IMG/VR virus record: IMGVR_UViG_3300042822_000036
Location: 1 to 48,922 of that record
Length of the DNA stretch: 48,922 nt
From: a virus
Taxonomy: Duplodnaviria > Caudoviricetes
Direction: 5' to 3' (one strand)
Of the stretch, positions 26,542 to 35,260 are shown piece after piece (within the stretch, counting starts at the first letter, position 1; each line of letters begins with the position of its first letter). Under the pieces are notes generated by a model. The model was not told the origin of the DNA. It saw only the letters and a list, made by a program, of their open reading frames with translations, and made no database searches. The translations under genes were made by a program, and so were the position numbers.

Positions 26542-27861
26542 CTACAGGGCCGTGCGAACCGTGCCGACAATCTGCACCTTGTGCACCGCGCCCTGCAGCA
26601 CGAAGGCGAACTTCACATCCGGCAGCGTGCGGGCCGTACGGTCGTTGGGGTTGATGGTCGCGACCTTGGGTACCGTCACCGACCAGGGCGAATCGCCGTC
26701 GATCAGAGTGCTGGCGATACCCTCGAGTATCTGGCCCTGCACCTGCACGCGAGGCAGTTCGACGCCCTTGTCGGTGTAGGGGATCTTGTCATTGTTGGCG
26801 AGCATCGCGACGATGCGCTCGACCACCCGCGCATCGAACCAATCCATGCCGTGGGTGATATCGATGTAGCGCCCCGAAGCTGCGCGCCCATCGAGTGTGA
26901 AGCCCACCCCCTTGACGTCGACGTAGTAGTTGCCCTTCTTGGCCTTCAGCGCGCCGCGCTCGCTGTCGCTGAGCGGCGTCTTGTCGACGGCGGCGAGACT
27001 CTTGTTGGCCCAGGTCGCCGAGCCCGGAGCCTTCGGCAGCATGCGCCCAGCCCAAGCCGCGGCGGCGTACTGCGAGGGCTTGTGGTGGTAGATCCAGACG
27101 GTTCGATGGTAGCCGGCCGTCATGAGATTGCTCATGACATCATCGGTAACGGCACCATCCTTGGTGTCGCTGTCGGCCGAGCTCACAAAGAGCAGCACGC
27201 GCTGGCTCTCGGCCCAGGCGGCAGCCGCCAAGATCTCAGCCTTACTGTTGCTGTCGAGCACGAGGCCATACCAGTCGGCATCATAGGCGCGGATGGCCGC
27301 GAGATCGGTGGCGATGCCCGTGGTCGGGTCGGCCGTCATGTCCTGGTAGGCCAGGTTGCTCGAGAGGTTCTCGTAGCGCGGAATCTCGCCCGGCGTTTCG
27401 GACGTCGCAGTCACGTGCGTGCTCGCGTCGGCAGCATCGATTCCCGACAGTGCCGTCATAGCGTCGGCGATTTCCCCGGTGATCTCCGATACGCTCGATG
27501 ACTCGTCGGCAGTGACGCTCAGCGCGCTTCCATTGACGTCGAGCTTGTACACTTCGCCCGGCGTCGGCGTGTTCGGCGTGATCCGCGCGATGTGCGTGAT
27601 GGTGCCGGCGCGCTTGCCCACCTTGAACTGCGGCGGGCATGGCTTCTGGCTCTTGAGAGCGCGCGCTGCGAGGTAGATCGGGTGCGTCAGCGGCATGCTC
27701 AGCGGCGCGACTGTCATTTCGTCGGGGTCGGAGAACGTGCGAACGAGCTCGGGCCAGAACGTGTGATAGCCGGCGATGAGCGGCGTGCCGAAGCCTTCCT
27801 GCGAGACGGCCGCGTCTTTGATCTCGATCGTGGTGGTGACGACTTCCGAAGCGCTGGCCAT
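26542..27861 (-). CDS. contractile tail sheath protein (DUF3383-like)
   Basis: GFGTPLI, PGSATWANK, YIDITHGMDW, KIPYTDKG, GAVHKVQI motifs; ATG at 27861 with GGAGG SD. Confidence 0.88.
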   Translation of the reverse strand: MASASEVVTTTIEIKDAAVSQEGFGTPLIAGYHTFWPELVRTFSDPDEMTVAPLSMPLTHPIYLAARALKSQKPCPPQFKVGKRAGTITHIARITPNTPTPGEVYKLDVNGSALSVTADESSSVSEITGEIADAMTALSGIDAADASTHVTATSETPGEIPRYENLSSNLAYQDMTADPTTGIATDLAAIRAYDADWYGLVLDSNSKAEILAAAAWAESQRVLLFVSSADSDTKDGAVTDDVMSNLMTAGYHRTVWIYHHKPSQYAAAAWAGRMLPKAPGSATWANKSLAAVDKTPLSDSERGALKAKKGNYYVDVKGVGFTLDGRAASGRYIDITHGMDWFDARVVERIVAMLANNDKIPYTDKGVELPRVQVQGQILEGIASTLIDGDSPWSVTVPKVATINPNDRTARTLPDVKFAFVLQGAVHKVQIVGTVRTAL

Positions 27862-27871
27862 ACCGAGCCTC

Positions 27872-28423
27872 CTACGGGATATCCTTGTCGGGGATGGCGA
27901 TGGCCCCATTCACGGTGCCGCTGAGCTTCACGCGTTCGATGGTGCCCACGGGGTTGTCGGTGTCGCTCTCGATGCTCACCCAGTTTAGGAGCACATCGAG
28001 CGACGCGACCGATTCCTCGCGCTGATCATATGCACGCCCGAGATCTATCAGTGCCGCGCTCTCGCGCACGCCAATGCCGAGCTGCCGGAACCCGTCCTGC
28101 GTCGACGGGAAGTAGAGCCGCCCGCGGACGCGCTCGAGCAGCGCGTAGGCGCGGTAGGCCGCCCGCTGGTCGCGGGAATGGATCTGGCAGTTCAAAGTGA
28201 TGCGCCGATTGCCCACTACCGTCACGGCGAGGTCGGCGCCCTGCTTGGTGTACCGCACCTCGTCCACGCTGGACTCGACGGCCGAGCTCTGGAGCTGCAG
28301 CTCGGCCCAGGGATACTTACGCATGCCCACCGGATCGCCGGCCCAGGCTACGCTTTCGACGGGTATACCGCTGGCATCGGAGAACCACGCGCGGAGCCCA
28401 TCATGGAGAACTTGCCAGTCCAT
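27872..28423 (-). CDS. neck/tail terminator protein
   Basis: Position immediately before the sheath; size 183 aa. Confidence 0.65.
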   Translation of the reverse strand: MDWQVLHDGLRAWFSDASGIPVESVAWAGDPVGMRKYPWAELQLQSSAVESSVDEVRYTKQGADLAVTVVGNRRITLNCQIHSRDQRAAYRAYALLERVRGRLYFPSTQDGFRQLGIGVRESAALIDLGRAYDQREESVASLDVLLNWVSIESDTDNPVGTIERVKLSGTVNGAIAIPDKDIP

Positions 28424-28932
28424 CAGGCGCCCTCCGCCTTGTGGGTGATGGAGCCGCGGAGCTGCCCACTGTCGATGAGTGGCTTGCTCGAGCCCTTGCG
28501 GGCGATGGTACTCGGCCTGTTGGGGGGGCTTATCCCGTCGGCGATGCGCTTCTTCATGATGCCGGTTGCCTGCTCGCCGAGCAGATTGAGTGCTTGGCCC
28601 ACGGCAAACTTGCCGAGCAAGACGCCTTGGCCGACGGCCGTGGCCGTGCGCTGCAGCTTGACGGCGTGCTCGTCGATGGCGGCTCGGATGAAGCTTCGCT
28701 GCGGGATGACGACTTCGGAGCCGTCCTTCTTGTGGATGACTTTCCCAAACTCGTGAATCGTGGCAATGGCGACGACCGTCATGGGTGAGCCAGGATGCTG
28801 GGCTGCCGCTTCGCTACCCTGAACCCCAACAAGCGTGAAAGCACCCGTGCGCGACAAGCGCAGCAAGCGGTCCTTGAGAGCGCGCCAGCCCTTGTCAGTG
28901 TCGGTGACTTTGACGCTGGCGCCTGCCATCAC
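28423..28932 (-). CDS. neck/tail completion protein
   Basis: IATIHEFG, IPQRSFIR, PNRPSTIARKGSSKPLIDSGQLRGSI motifs. Confidence 0.8.
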   Translation of the reverse strand: MMAGASVKVTDTDKGWRALKDRLLRLSRTGAFTLVGVQGSEAAAQHPGSPMTVVAIATIHEFGKVIHKKDGSEVVIPQRSFIRAAIDEHAVKLQRTATAVGQGVLLGKFAVGQALNLLGEQATGIMKKRIADGISPPNRPSTIARKGSSKPLIDSGQLRGSITHKAEGA

Positions 28933-29219
28933 ACGACCATGGGGCCTGCGAGCGCGCGCAGGAATCGGAGGTATTCTCGCTCATAGAGCGTGCGTGCGCC
29001 GTCGGGTTCCTTATTGGGATCGAGACGCGCGAACTCGCCGCCTGGCGACAGCGCTACGAGATGACAGGCGAGGTACTTCGTCACGAAGTCGTAGCGCTCG
29101 CCGAACGCAATCGCGTTGAGCATAGCCGTGGCGTCGGCGATTTTGGAAGAGACGAGCTGCGCGTCCGTATTCGCGAACTCGGTAAACTCCGCCTTGATCT
29201 GGTCGACGGTCACGGCCAC
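28929..29219 (-). CDS. head-tail adaptor (DUF4054-like)
   Basis: KAEFTEF, YLACHLVAL, TLYEREYL motifs. Confidence 0.75.
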   Translation of the reverse strand: MAVTVDQIKAEFTEFANTDAQLVSSKIADATAMLNAIAFGERYDFVTKYLACHLVALSPGGEFARLDPNKEPDGARTLYEREYLRFLRALAGPMVV

Positions 29220-29222
29220 TGC

Positions 29223-29591
29223 TTACTCCCTGTCGCCTCGACGTGACCCTGTGCCGCGTCCAGAAGGACCGACCGGCTCGGACTGAGCGGGTGCGCTGGG
29301 CGGCGTGCCCGGCGTTGACCCGCTCACAGACGAGGATGCGGTCACGGGCGCGGAAGCGTCTCCGCTCGCGCTGGCACCTTCGACCTCGAGCTCTTTGCTG
29401 TCAATCCACGCCTTTACGGCCGATGTCTTCAGCGCCTGCTGAAAGCAATTCTGCTCATCTTCGCTGTCGAACGTCACCTTGAAGCCAGGCGCGCCCTCTT
29501 CAGTCGGGGGGATGGCGATGACCTGGCCGCCCGCGAGCAGCAATTGCTTGACGTGTGCGGTCTTGTTTCGGAGCGTAACTTCCTTGGCCAT
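29223..29591 (-). CDS. hypothetical head-associated protein
   Basis: Follows the capsid gene; Ser/Pro-rich tail. Confidence 0.6.
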   Translation of the reverse strand: MAKEVTLRNKTAHVKQLLLAGGQVIAIPPTEEGAPGFKVTFDSEDEQNCFQQALKTSAVKAWIDSKELEVEGASASGDASAPVTASSSVSGSTPGTPPSAPAQSEPVGPSGRGTGSRRGDRE

Positions 29592-29594
29592 GAT

Positions 29595-30671
29595 CTAGAT
29601 CCCATTCATGTAGACGGCGCCGAGCGGATACTCGAACGCGACGCCGCCGATACGTCCGACCGAGTTGATTTCGAAGCTCAGGTTCTTGGCCTGCGGCGGG
29701 AGCTCCTGCTGCTCGAGCGGGATCTCCATGTGCACGACCGTCGGGTCGCGGCGATACATGACCGCGCGCGGTTGTCCTGCATTGGCGGTATCACACCAGT
29801 ACCACCACTCGATATTGCGAATGCTCTCGCTACGCTCCAGGAACACTTTGAGGATGGTATCTTTGGGGTCGGCACCTGCTGCGTCATAGAGCGGCACCTT
29901 GCCGAGCTGCCGCAACCGTGACATCGGCAATACAAGCGTATCGGGGCGCATCACGCCCTTGGTGGTGGTCAAAATGGAGTCTTCCATTGCGAGAAGGTCG
30001 CCCAGAACCTCGGGTGCCTTCTTGTCGGTGCCTGTCCATGAGGTGGACGAACCGGCAGCCGGAGCGGCGGCGTTGATCTGCGGAACGTTCGCGTTGTTGA
30101 GCAGGCCCTTGGCGTCAGTCTCCTTGATGCCGATGGCTGCGATCTCTTCGATTTTTTGCTCGAAGCCTGCGGTCACGGCCGCGGCCTTCCGTGCTCGCAG
30201 TGGCACGCCAGCTTTCGCCGTCCGCAATAGATCGAGCCAGCTCCACTCGTAGCCGAGGGCCATGGTTTCAATGCCATAGGTGAACTTCTTGGCGAATGTC
30301 GCGACCTTCGGGATGTCGTCGGCGTAGTTCGCGACGATCTTGGCCATGCCAGCCCGATCCCATTGCGAGTACGCCCAGGACTCCGCGCCCGGGTCCATTT
30401 CATTGGTGACCGGCACGAGCCGGCGCGCCTTGAACTCCGGGCGCTGGATGTCGACCGTGCGCGCGCGCATCTGCTCGAGCTGAGTCGTCAGGATCATCGT
30501 CTCGTTCGCGTCGAGGCGATGGGCACCGTAGACCTCAGCGCGATGGACAATCAGCGCTCGGTAGATGTTGTCGAGCTCGACTGCGTCCAGGCGTGCGCCG
30601 GTGAGCCGAGCGAGCTCGACCGCGATCTGCTCGCGGTTGTAGGGGGTCATGGTCTGATTCTGGAAGAGCAT
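29595..30671 (-). CDS. major capsid protein (DUF2184-like, HK97 fold)
   Basis: GMAKIVANYADDIP, GLLNNANVP, PDTLVLP, GGVAFEYPLGAVYMNGI motifs. Confidence 0.88.
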   Translation of the reverse strand: MLFQNQTMTPYNREQIAVELARLTGARLDAVELDNIYRALIVHRAEVYGAHRLDANETMILTTQLEQMRARTVDIQRPEFKARRLVPVTNEMDPGAESWAYSQWDRAGMAKIVANYADDIPKVATFAKKFTYGIETMALGYEWSWLDLLRTAKAGVPLRARKAAAVTAGFEQKIEEIAAIGIKETDAKGLLNNANVPQINAAAPAAGSSTSWTGTDKKAPEVLGDLLAMEDSILTTTKGVMRPDTLVLPMSRLRQLGKVPLYDAAGADPKDTILKVFLERSESIRNIEWWYWCDTANAGQPRAVMYRRDPTVVHMEIPLEQQELPPQAKNLSFEINSVGRIGGVAFEYPLGAVYMNGI

Positions 30672-30692
30672 GATCGGGATTCCTTTGCCGGC

Positions 30693-31178
30693 TCAGAAGA
30701 GCTCGATCTCGACCAGAACGAGTTGACCCGCACTGGCGTCAGTGAGGAAGATCGCGTAGGTGAGCTGCGCGGCGCTCGCGGTATCGGCATCCGCGCGGAA
30801 GCTGCCGATCTCTGTGCCGCCTGCGCCAGCTGCGTATCGGATGAACGGATGGGTCCAGCGCGCGACGTTGGATTCCGCCAATACCCACAGCCGGCCGCGC
30901 CTGATGACTCCGATCGGGCGGTTGGGCGGATAGTCCGACCCGCCCTCGCGCGTACTGTCGAGGAACGTGACGCCCATGGCGCCCGGCTTGGTGATGTCGG
31001 CGGCTGCGGCGGGGAGCTTGGCCGCGTTGCGCACCTTGCCGGCGGTCTTGTCGGCGGTGAGCAGCTTGCCGATCTTCACCGCGGTCTGCGGCACCACGGT
31101 GTCGACGTACTTGGTGAAGTCCTCGGTGACCAAGCCGAGGACGGCTTCGGGTTGCGTGTAGTCGTAGGAGGTCTGCAT
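30693..31178 (-). CDS. head decoration/cement protein
   Basis: MQTSY start, VIRRGRLWV motif; between protease and capsid genes. Confidence 0.7.
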   Translation of the reverse strand: MQTSYDYTQPEAVLGLVTEDFTKYVDTVVPQTAVKIGKLLTADKTAGKVRNAAKLPAAAADITKPGAMGVTFLDSTREGGSDYPPNRPIGVIRRGRLWVLAESNVARWTHPFIRYAAGAGGTEIGSFRADADTASAAQLTYAIFLTDASAGQLVLVEIELF

Positions 31179-31193
31179 GGCGTTCTCCCGCGC

Positions 31194-32369
31194 TTAGCTG
31201 CGCGCGTCCTTGCTCACGGAAAGCGGCTTTTGCCACTCGGGGACGAAGGCGTCCTGCCGCGCGGCGGAGGTGGACTGCGAGGTGTTCGACGTGGTGGCTG
31301 CCCGTGAGCGTTCGAGGGCGTCGTTGCGAGGCGCGCCTTGCTGCACCGGAGCGCTCGCTATCGCGCCATCGAAGCGCGCCTGCACGTACTCGTCGCTCTT
31401 GCCAGCCAGGTCGAGCTTGTCGTCGAGCTTTTTCAGAACCGCTTCATGGATCTGGCGCGGCGTCTGCCCATCGAACTTGTGCTCAGCGGGCAGTACCTTG
31501 CGCGCTTGTTCGAGCAGCGCAGAGCGCGCGGAGACCGCCTGGTCGAGGCGCTTGGGATCCTCGGCCGCGGCGAGCTTGGCTTTGAGATCCTTGTTCTCTT
31601 TCTCGGCCGCGTCCGCTCGGCCGAGGGCGGAGTCGCGCTCCTTGATGCGCTCGGCGAGCGCATCGTCGCGCTCTTTGAGCGCTTTCTCGAAGACCTGCGC
31701 GCCCACCTTGGGCACCTGGACGTCGAGACCGTCCACTCGCATCGTAACCGTGTCCATCTCCGACTCCTCTCCCGGCGGGTCGCTGGGCCCGTCGTCCCGC
31801 CGCTCTGGCGGCGCACCGAAGGCCGACGCGGTCATCGCGTCGCCAGAGTCCAGGCGCAGCGCCACTTCGCTGCCCGCGCGCCCCCAATTGCGCGGCCCAA
31901 GTGCCGCATGGTTGTACACGATGTCGCGCTGCACGGCGTCGTAGCGCTGGCCGTTGTAGTCGCCGGCTGTCACATCCAGCCGGCACTGATATCCGCAGCT
32001 GATCTCGCGCCGATCGCCACGTTCCACGCGCGCGATGACCTCTTCGTCTTCGATGGTGACGCTCGCCGCGACGAGGTTGCCGTCCTGGCGCACGGCCTCG
32101 CCGACGTGCCCGACACGCAGCGTGCGCACGTTCTTCGGCGACACCATCTCGGTCGGGTGCAGATCGGTCAGTGGCGCAGCCGATAGAGACGCGAGCGAGT
32201 CCGCGCGGAAGACTTCCTCGGGGGGCCGGAGCTCGCGGGCCATTGAGCCGTCGTGGCGCTTGTACTCGAACACGCCCGCGCGCGTCAGGAACGCGGCGAC
32301 GCGCAAGAAGCCCTGCGGAGTCCGCACGGGCTTGCCAATCTCAGCGACGTCGAATCGGTTGACGCGCAC
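31194..32369 (-). CDS. prohead protease/scaffold (DUF2213-like)
   Basis: TPQGFL, RPPEEVF, PLTDLHP, EISCGY, YNHAAL, GRAGSEVALRLD, then a coiled-coil scaffold region. Confidence 0.88.
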   Translation of the reverse strand: MRVNRFDVAEIGKPVRTPQGFLRVAAFLTRAGVFEYKRHDGSMARELRPPEEVFRADSLASLSAAPLTDLHPTEMVSPKNVRTLRVGHVGEAVRQDGNLVAASVTIEDEEVIARVERGDRREISCGYQCRLDVTAGDYNGQRYDAVQRDIVYNHAALGPRNWGRAGSEVALRLDSGDAMTASAFGAPPERRDDGPSDPPGEESEMDTVTMRVDGLDVQVPKVGAQVFEKALKERDDALAERIKERDSALGRADAAEKENKDLKAKLAAAEDPKRLDQAVSARSALLEQARKVLPAEHKFDGQTPRQIHEAVLKKLDDKLDLAGKSDEYVQARFDGAIASAPVQQGAPRNDALERSRAATTSNTSQSTSAARQDAFVPEWQKPLSVSKDARS

Positions 32370-32372
32370 CGC

Positions 32373-32404
32373 CGCTGGTATGCGCGGCTTTGCAGGGTGT
32401 CAAG
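32373..32404 (-). promoter_or_regulatory. putative late promoter, copy 2
   Basis: C-TTGACA-N10-CCGCGCATACCAGCG-GCG-GTG(start of 31194..32369). Confidence 0.7.
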
Positions 32405-32479
32405 CCCAGTGCCTTATCCGTCATGGATGGTGTTCATGTAGGCATCCCGGCTCGGGAGAAGCGGGTTAGAGGGAACGCG

Positions 32480-32534
32480 ATAAAGAGTGTGACGCTTTTA
32501 CTTGTGCGCGTGCATAAAGCGTGTCACTCTTTAT
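32480..32534 (+). promoter_or_regulatory. tandem palindromic operators of the TA operon
   Basis: ATAAAGAGTGTGACGCTTTTA (32480-32500) and ATAAAGCGTGTCACTCTTTAT (32514-32534) directly upstream of the toxin GTG. Confidence 0.65.
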
Positions 32535-32536
32535 TG

Positions 32537-32833
32537 GTGGAGTTCACGTGGGACCCGAAGAAGGCAGAGCAAAACATCCGGGACCACGAGGGCGTGACGT
32601 TCGAGGAAGCCAGAACCGTGTTCGAGGATCCATTCGCGCAGCACAAGCTCGATGCGGACATCCTGCACGAGATCAGGATCCGGACCATCGGTCAGTCGCT
32701 TGCGGGTCGCACGCTGTTCGTCGTGTCCCTCGAGATTGAGGACGGAGAGATCGCCCGCATCGTCAGTGCCCGCAAGGCTACCCCAAAGGAGCGCCGAGAC
32801 TATGAAAAAGCCAAACGCAAAACGCGCCGCTGA
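32537..32833 (+). CDS. brnT: BrnT-family (DUF497) ribonuclease toxin
   Basis: EFTWDPKKAEQNIRDHEGVTFEEARTVFEDP, E-x-R-x-RTIG, RIVSARKATPKERRDY. Confidence 0.88.
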   Translation: MEFTWDPKKAEQNIRDHEGVTFEEARTVFEDPFAQHKLDADILHEIRIRTIGQSLAGRTLFVVSLEIEDGEIARIVSARKATPKERRDYEKAKRKTRR

Positions 32834-33116
32834 GCGCGGGCCGTCCGCGGCGTCACTTGCCGCGATGCCCGAAGTCGATTTCACCACCGGCATCGTGGGC
32901 CAGGGCCCCGACGGGTACCGTGCTGTGGTCGCCTATGCACGAGCCAAGCGTGGCCGCCCGAAGAAGGGCGAGAAGGCGGTGGGTACTACAACCAAGTCGG
33001 TGCGCCTCACCGACGCCGAGTGGTCGCTGCTCAAGAAACGGGCCGAGCGCGAGCACATCTCTGTGCATGCGCTCTTGCGTCAGGCTGTAGCCGAGCTGCT
33101 GCGCAAGGCGGGGTGA
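32802..33116 (+). CDS. BrnA/CopG-like ribbon-helix-helix antitoxin
   Basis: MPEVDF, RGRPKKG, SVRLTDAEWSLLKKRAEREHISVHALLRQAV; overlaps the toxin 3' end. Confidence 0.8.
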   Translation: MKKPNAKRAAERGPSAASLAAMPEVDFTTGIVGQGPDGYRAVVAYARAKRGRPKKGEKAVGTTTKSVRLTDAEWSLLKKRAEREHISVHALLRQAVAELLRKAG

Positions 33117-33122
33117 CCTGCG

Positions 33123-33368
33123 TCATTCGTCCGGCACGGTGTCGACGTAGCAGTAGGTGCTGTTGCCGAACGCACGCTCGAGCGCGTCGTAATACACGAG
33201 CCCATCGGACGGGTTGAGCAACTTGTTGCGGCCGACGAGGCCGTCCAGGCCGAAGCTCTTTATCGCCCCCTTTGAGACCTCCGTGATGACCACGCGGTCG
33301 CCTTGCAACCGGAAGGTCGCGACGGCTTCCTTGCGGCCGTCCGAGCACACCAGCATGAGGCGTTTCAT
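33123..33368 (-). CDS. small protein coupled to MuF-kinase (candidate immunity protein)
   Basis: 81 aa; ATG overlaps the MuF stop (ATGA). Confidence 0.65.
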   Translation of the reverse strand: MKRLMLVCSDGRKEAVATFRLQGDRVVITEVSKGAIKSFGLDGLVGRNKLLNPSDGLVYYDALERAFGNSTYCYVDTVPDE

Positions 33369-35260
33369 CGGCGCGCCCCAGCGAGGCGATCGATTTCCGC
33401 GAGGTCGCCCCGACCGAGGCCCCGCTTTTCCGGTTCACGACCCAGCCACTTACGCATCGCCTCAGTTGGGGACTCGGACTGCGACAGACGGGCGAGCTGC
33501 TCGGGGTCAAGCTGGAGTGAGCGAATTCTGGCCAAGGTTTCCCGGATTTGGCGTGATGTGATGCCCGGTTGCCGACGCAAAATCGCCGCAACCCGGGGGA
33601 GGCTCAGCGCCCGGAGTTCCCGGATGCTTGTCTCATCCAATGTGAGCATAGCACGTGCAAAGGCGACGGGTTCGATGGCAAAAAAGAAGCGTTTCGGGGT
33701 GCCTTCCGGGAAAGCCGTTCCGTGGTCGATGGCGCTCACTTCAAAGCCGCCGTGAGGCTTGCGCCGCCACAATGCGTTGGCGCCGTGTCGATCGTCATTC
33801 GCCGCGATAACATCGAGCAGGAACATTCGCCGCACGCTTGGTTCCGCCGCCAACTTGGCCACCGGTGTCAGCTCCTCCAGCTCTACCCTGAGTTCGAAGG
33901 TGCGTTTCCCATCTACAAAAGCCTGCAGCGCCCCCTCTTGGCCGTTGAGGTTGCGAGACACTGTGGAGGGGACGACTGGCGGCCCACCAAGCGCACGGTC
34001 GAGGTCGTGCATCGCAACTTCTCGCTGATAGTACGTTCCCAACTGGACTCCCTTGCGTTGCGCGTCGACTTCATCCTCGTGCGCTTTCCACATCGCCAGT
34101 TGGCGTCGGCCGTCAGCGTCCTTCAGCGTGAGCTTCCGAGCACCATTGATTCCTTCGTTGCTGTACTCGCTTTTGAGAACTTCGACGTCGGCAGTCATCC
34201 ACTCCGGCACCTCGCTCGACGGCACCGCGATCGGCGGTGGTTTGCTCGGCGGTGGTACTGACCTGAGTCCTGGCTTGGGCGCCGTGCTAAGCGTACCGAG
34301 CGTGCTGGGCGTACCGAGCGTGCTGGGCGTACCGAGCGTGCTGGGCGTACCGAGCGTGCTGGGCGTGGACCGCTCCGGGCCAAGTAGCCCCGCCTCCCGC
34401 AAGACGTCGTCCACGTCCGGGATGGCCTGGCAGCGGCACCGGATGGGCTGGCCCGGGTGCGCCGGCACGCCGTCGACCATGGGCGGCTTGTCCCAACGCT
34501 GGTGCGTATCGTTCATAGCGCGGTGGCTCTTGCGCACGCGCTCGTCCTGGCTGGTCGACCAGGTGTAGTGCTTGATGCCGACTTGCTGCTGGCGGAGCTG
34601 CGCGAGCTCGCCATTGAGCGACGCGACCTGGTCGGTGGCGATCAGCGCAGCGCGGCGCCGGGACATCCCGAACCGCTCTTGAATCTCCTTGGCTACCTCC
34701 TCGTGGCGGTGCCCGAGGCGCGCGCCTCGCAGGATGATCCCCTTCAAATCCTCGAGCTGATCGAACGCGACCGACTTCACCAGGCGCACGTTGTCGGCCA
34801 CAAATGCGTCGATGTGCTGGGCGAGCCCCGCAGTTTGCTCGAAGAGATCGATCTTTGCGACCGCGTGAATTTGGCGCTCGAGCTCGCCGCGGCTGTGCTC
34901 ACTCACGCGCAGCGCGTTCTCCTGGGCCAGCATCTGGATCTGGCGCTCAGGGATGCGCCGCTCGAGGTCCCTGCGCGCGTCTGAAAGAGACTTCTCGGTG
35001 AGCGAGCCAGTGTCGTCCACGCGCAGTTCGATGGCGTCGGGCCGGAGCAGCTTGTGCTGGCCCAAGATCACCGGCAGAAGCGGCAGCACGTCGCGCCGAA
35101 CGGTGGCCTCGACGATATCCAGGATACCGAGGATGCCTCGCAGATAGGCCACGCGCGCGGCCGATGGGAACCGCGCCGTCGGCATCCGTGGGCGCTTCTT
35201 GCGCTTGGGGACGCGCCCGATCAGCGCCATCTGCCGCAGCGCCAGTTCGAGCGGTCGCAT
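33365..35260 (-). CDS. MuF/SPP1 gp7-like minor head protein fused to a C-terminal PI3K/PI4K/HipA-like kinase domain
   Basis: MuF motifs RAALIATDQ, YTWSTSQDERVRKSH, HPGQPIRCRC. Kinase motifs EGING, AMWK, REVAMHDLD, VVPSTV, GALQAFV, LDVIAANDDRHGAN, IDHGTAF. Located after the portal gene. Confidence 0.88.
   Translation of the reverse strand: MRPLELALRQMALIGRVPKRKKRPRMPTARFPSAARVAYLRGILGILDIVEATVRRDVLPLLPVILGQHKLLRPDAIELRVDDTGSLTEKSLSDARRDLERRIPERQIQMLAQENALRVSEHSRGELERQIHAVAKIDLFEQTAGLAQHIDAFVADNVRLVKSVAFDQLEDLKGIILRGARLGHRHEEVAKEIQERFGMSRRRAALIATDQVASLNGELAQLRQQQVGIKHYTWSTSQDERVRKSHRAMNDTHQRWDKPPMVDGVPAHPGQPIRCRCQAIPDVDDVLREAGLLGPERSTPSTLGTPSTLGTPSTLGTPSTLGTLSTAPKPGLRSVPPPSKPPPIAVPSSEVPEWMTADVEVLKSEYSNEGINGARKLTLKDADGRRQLAMWKAHEDEVDAQRKGVQLGTYYQREVAMHDLDRALGGPPVVPSTVSRNLNGQEGALQAFVDGKRTFELRVELEELTPVAKLAAEPSVRRMFLLDVIAANDDRHGANALWRRKPHGGFEVSAIDHGTAFPEGTPKRFFFAIEPVAFARAMLTLDETSIRELRALSLPRVAAILRRQPGITSRQIRETLARIRSLQLDPEQLARLSQSESPTEAMRKWLGREPEKRGLGRGDLAEIDRLAGARR
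34291..34366. repeat. 18-bp tandem repeat encoding (TPSTLG)x4 linker
   Basis: GCGTACCGAGCGTGCTGG x4 perfect copies at 34291-34362 plus partial flanks. Confidence 0.95.

Noticed and set aside
34291-34366. CRISPR array
   Set aside because: Repeats are contiguous with no spacers and are in-frame coding sequence.
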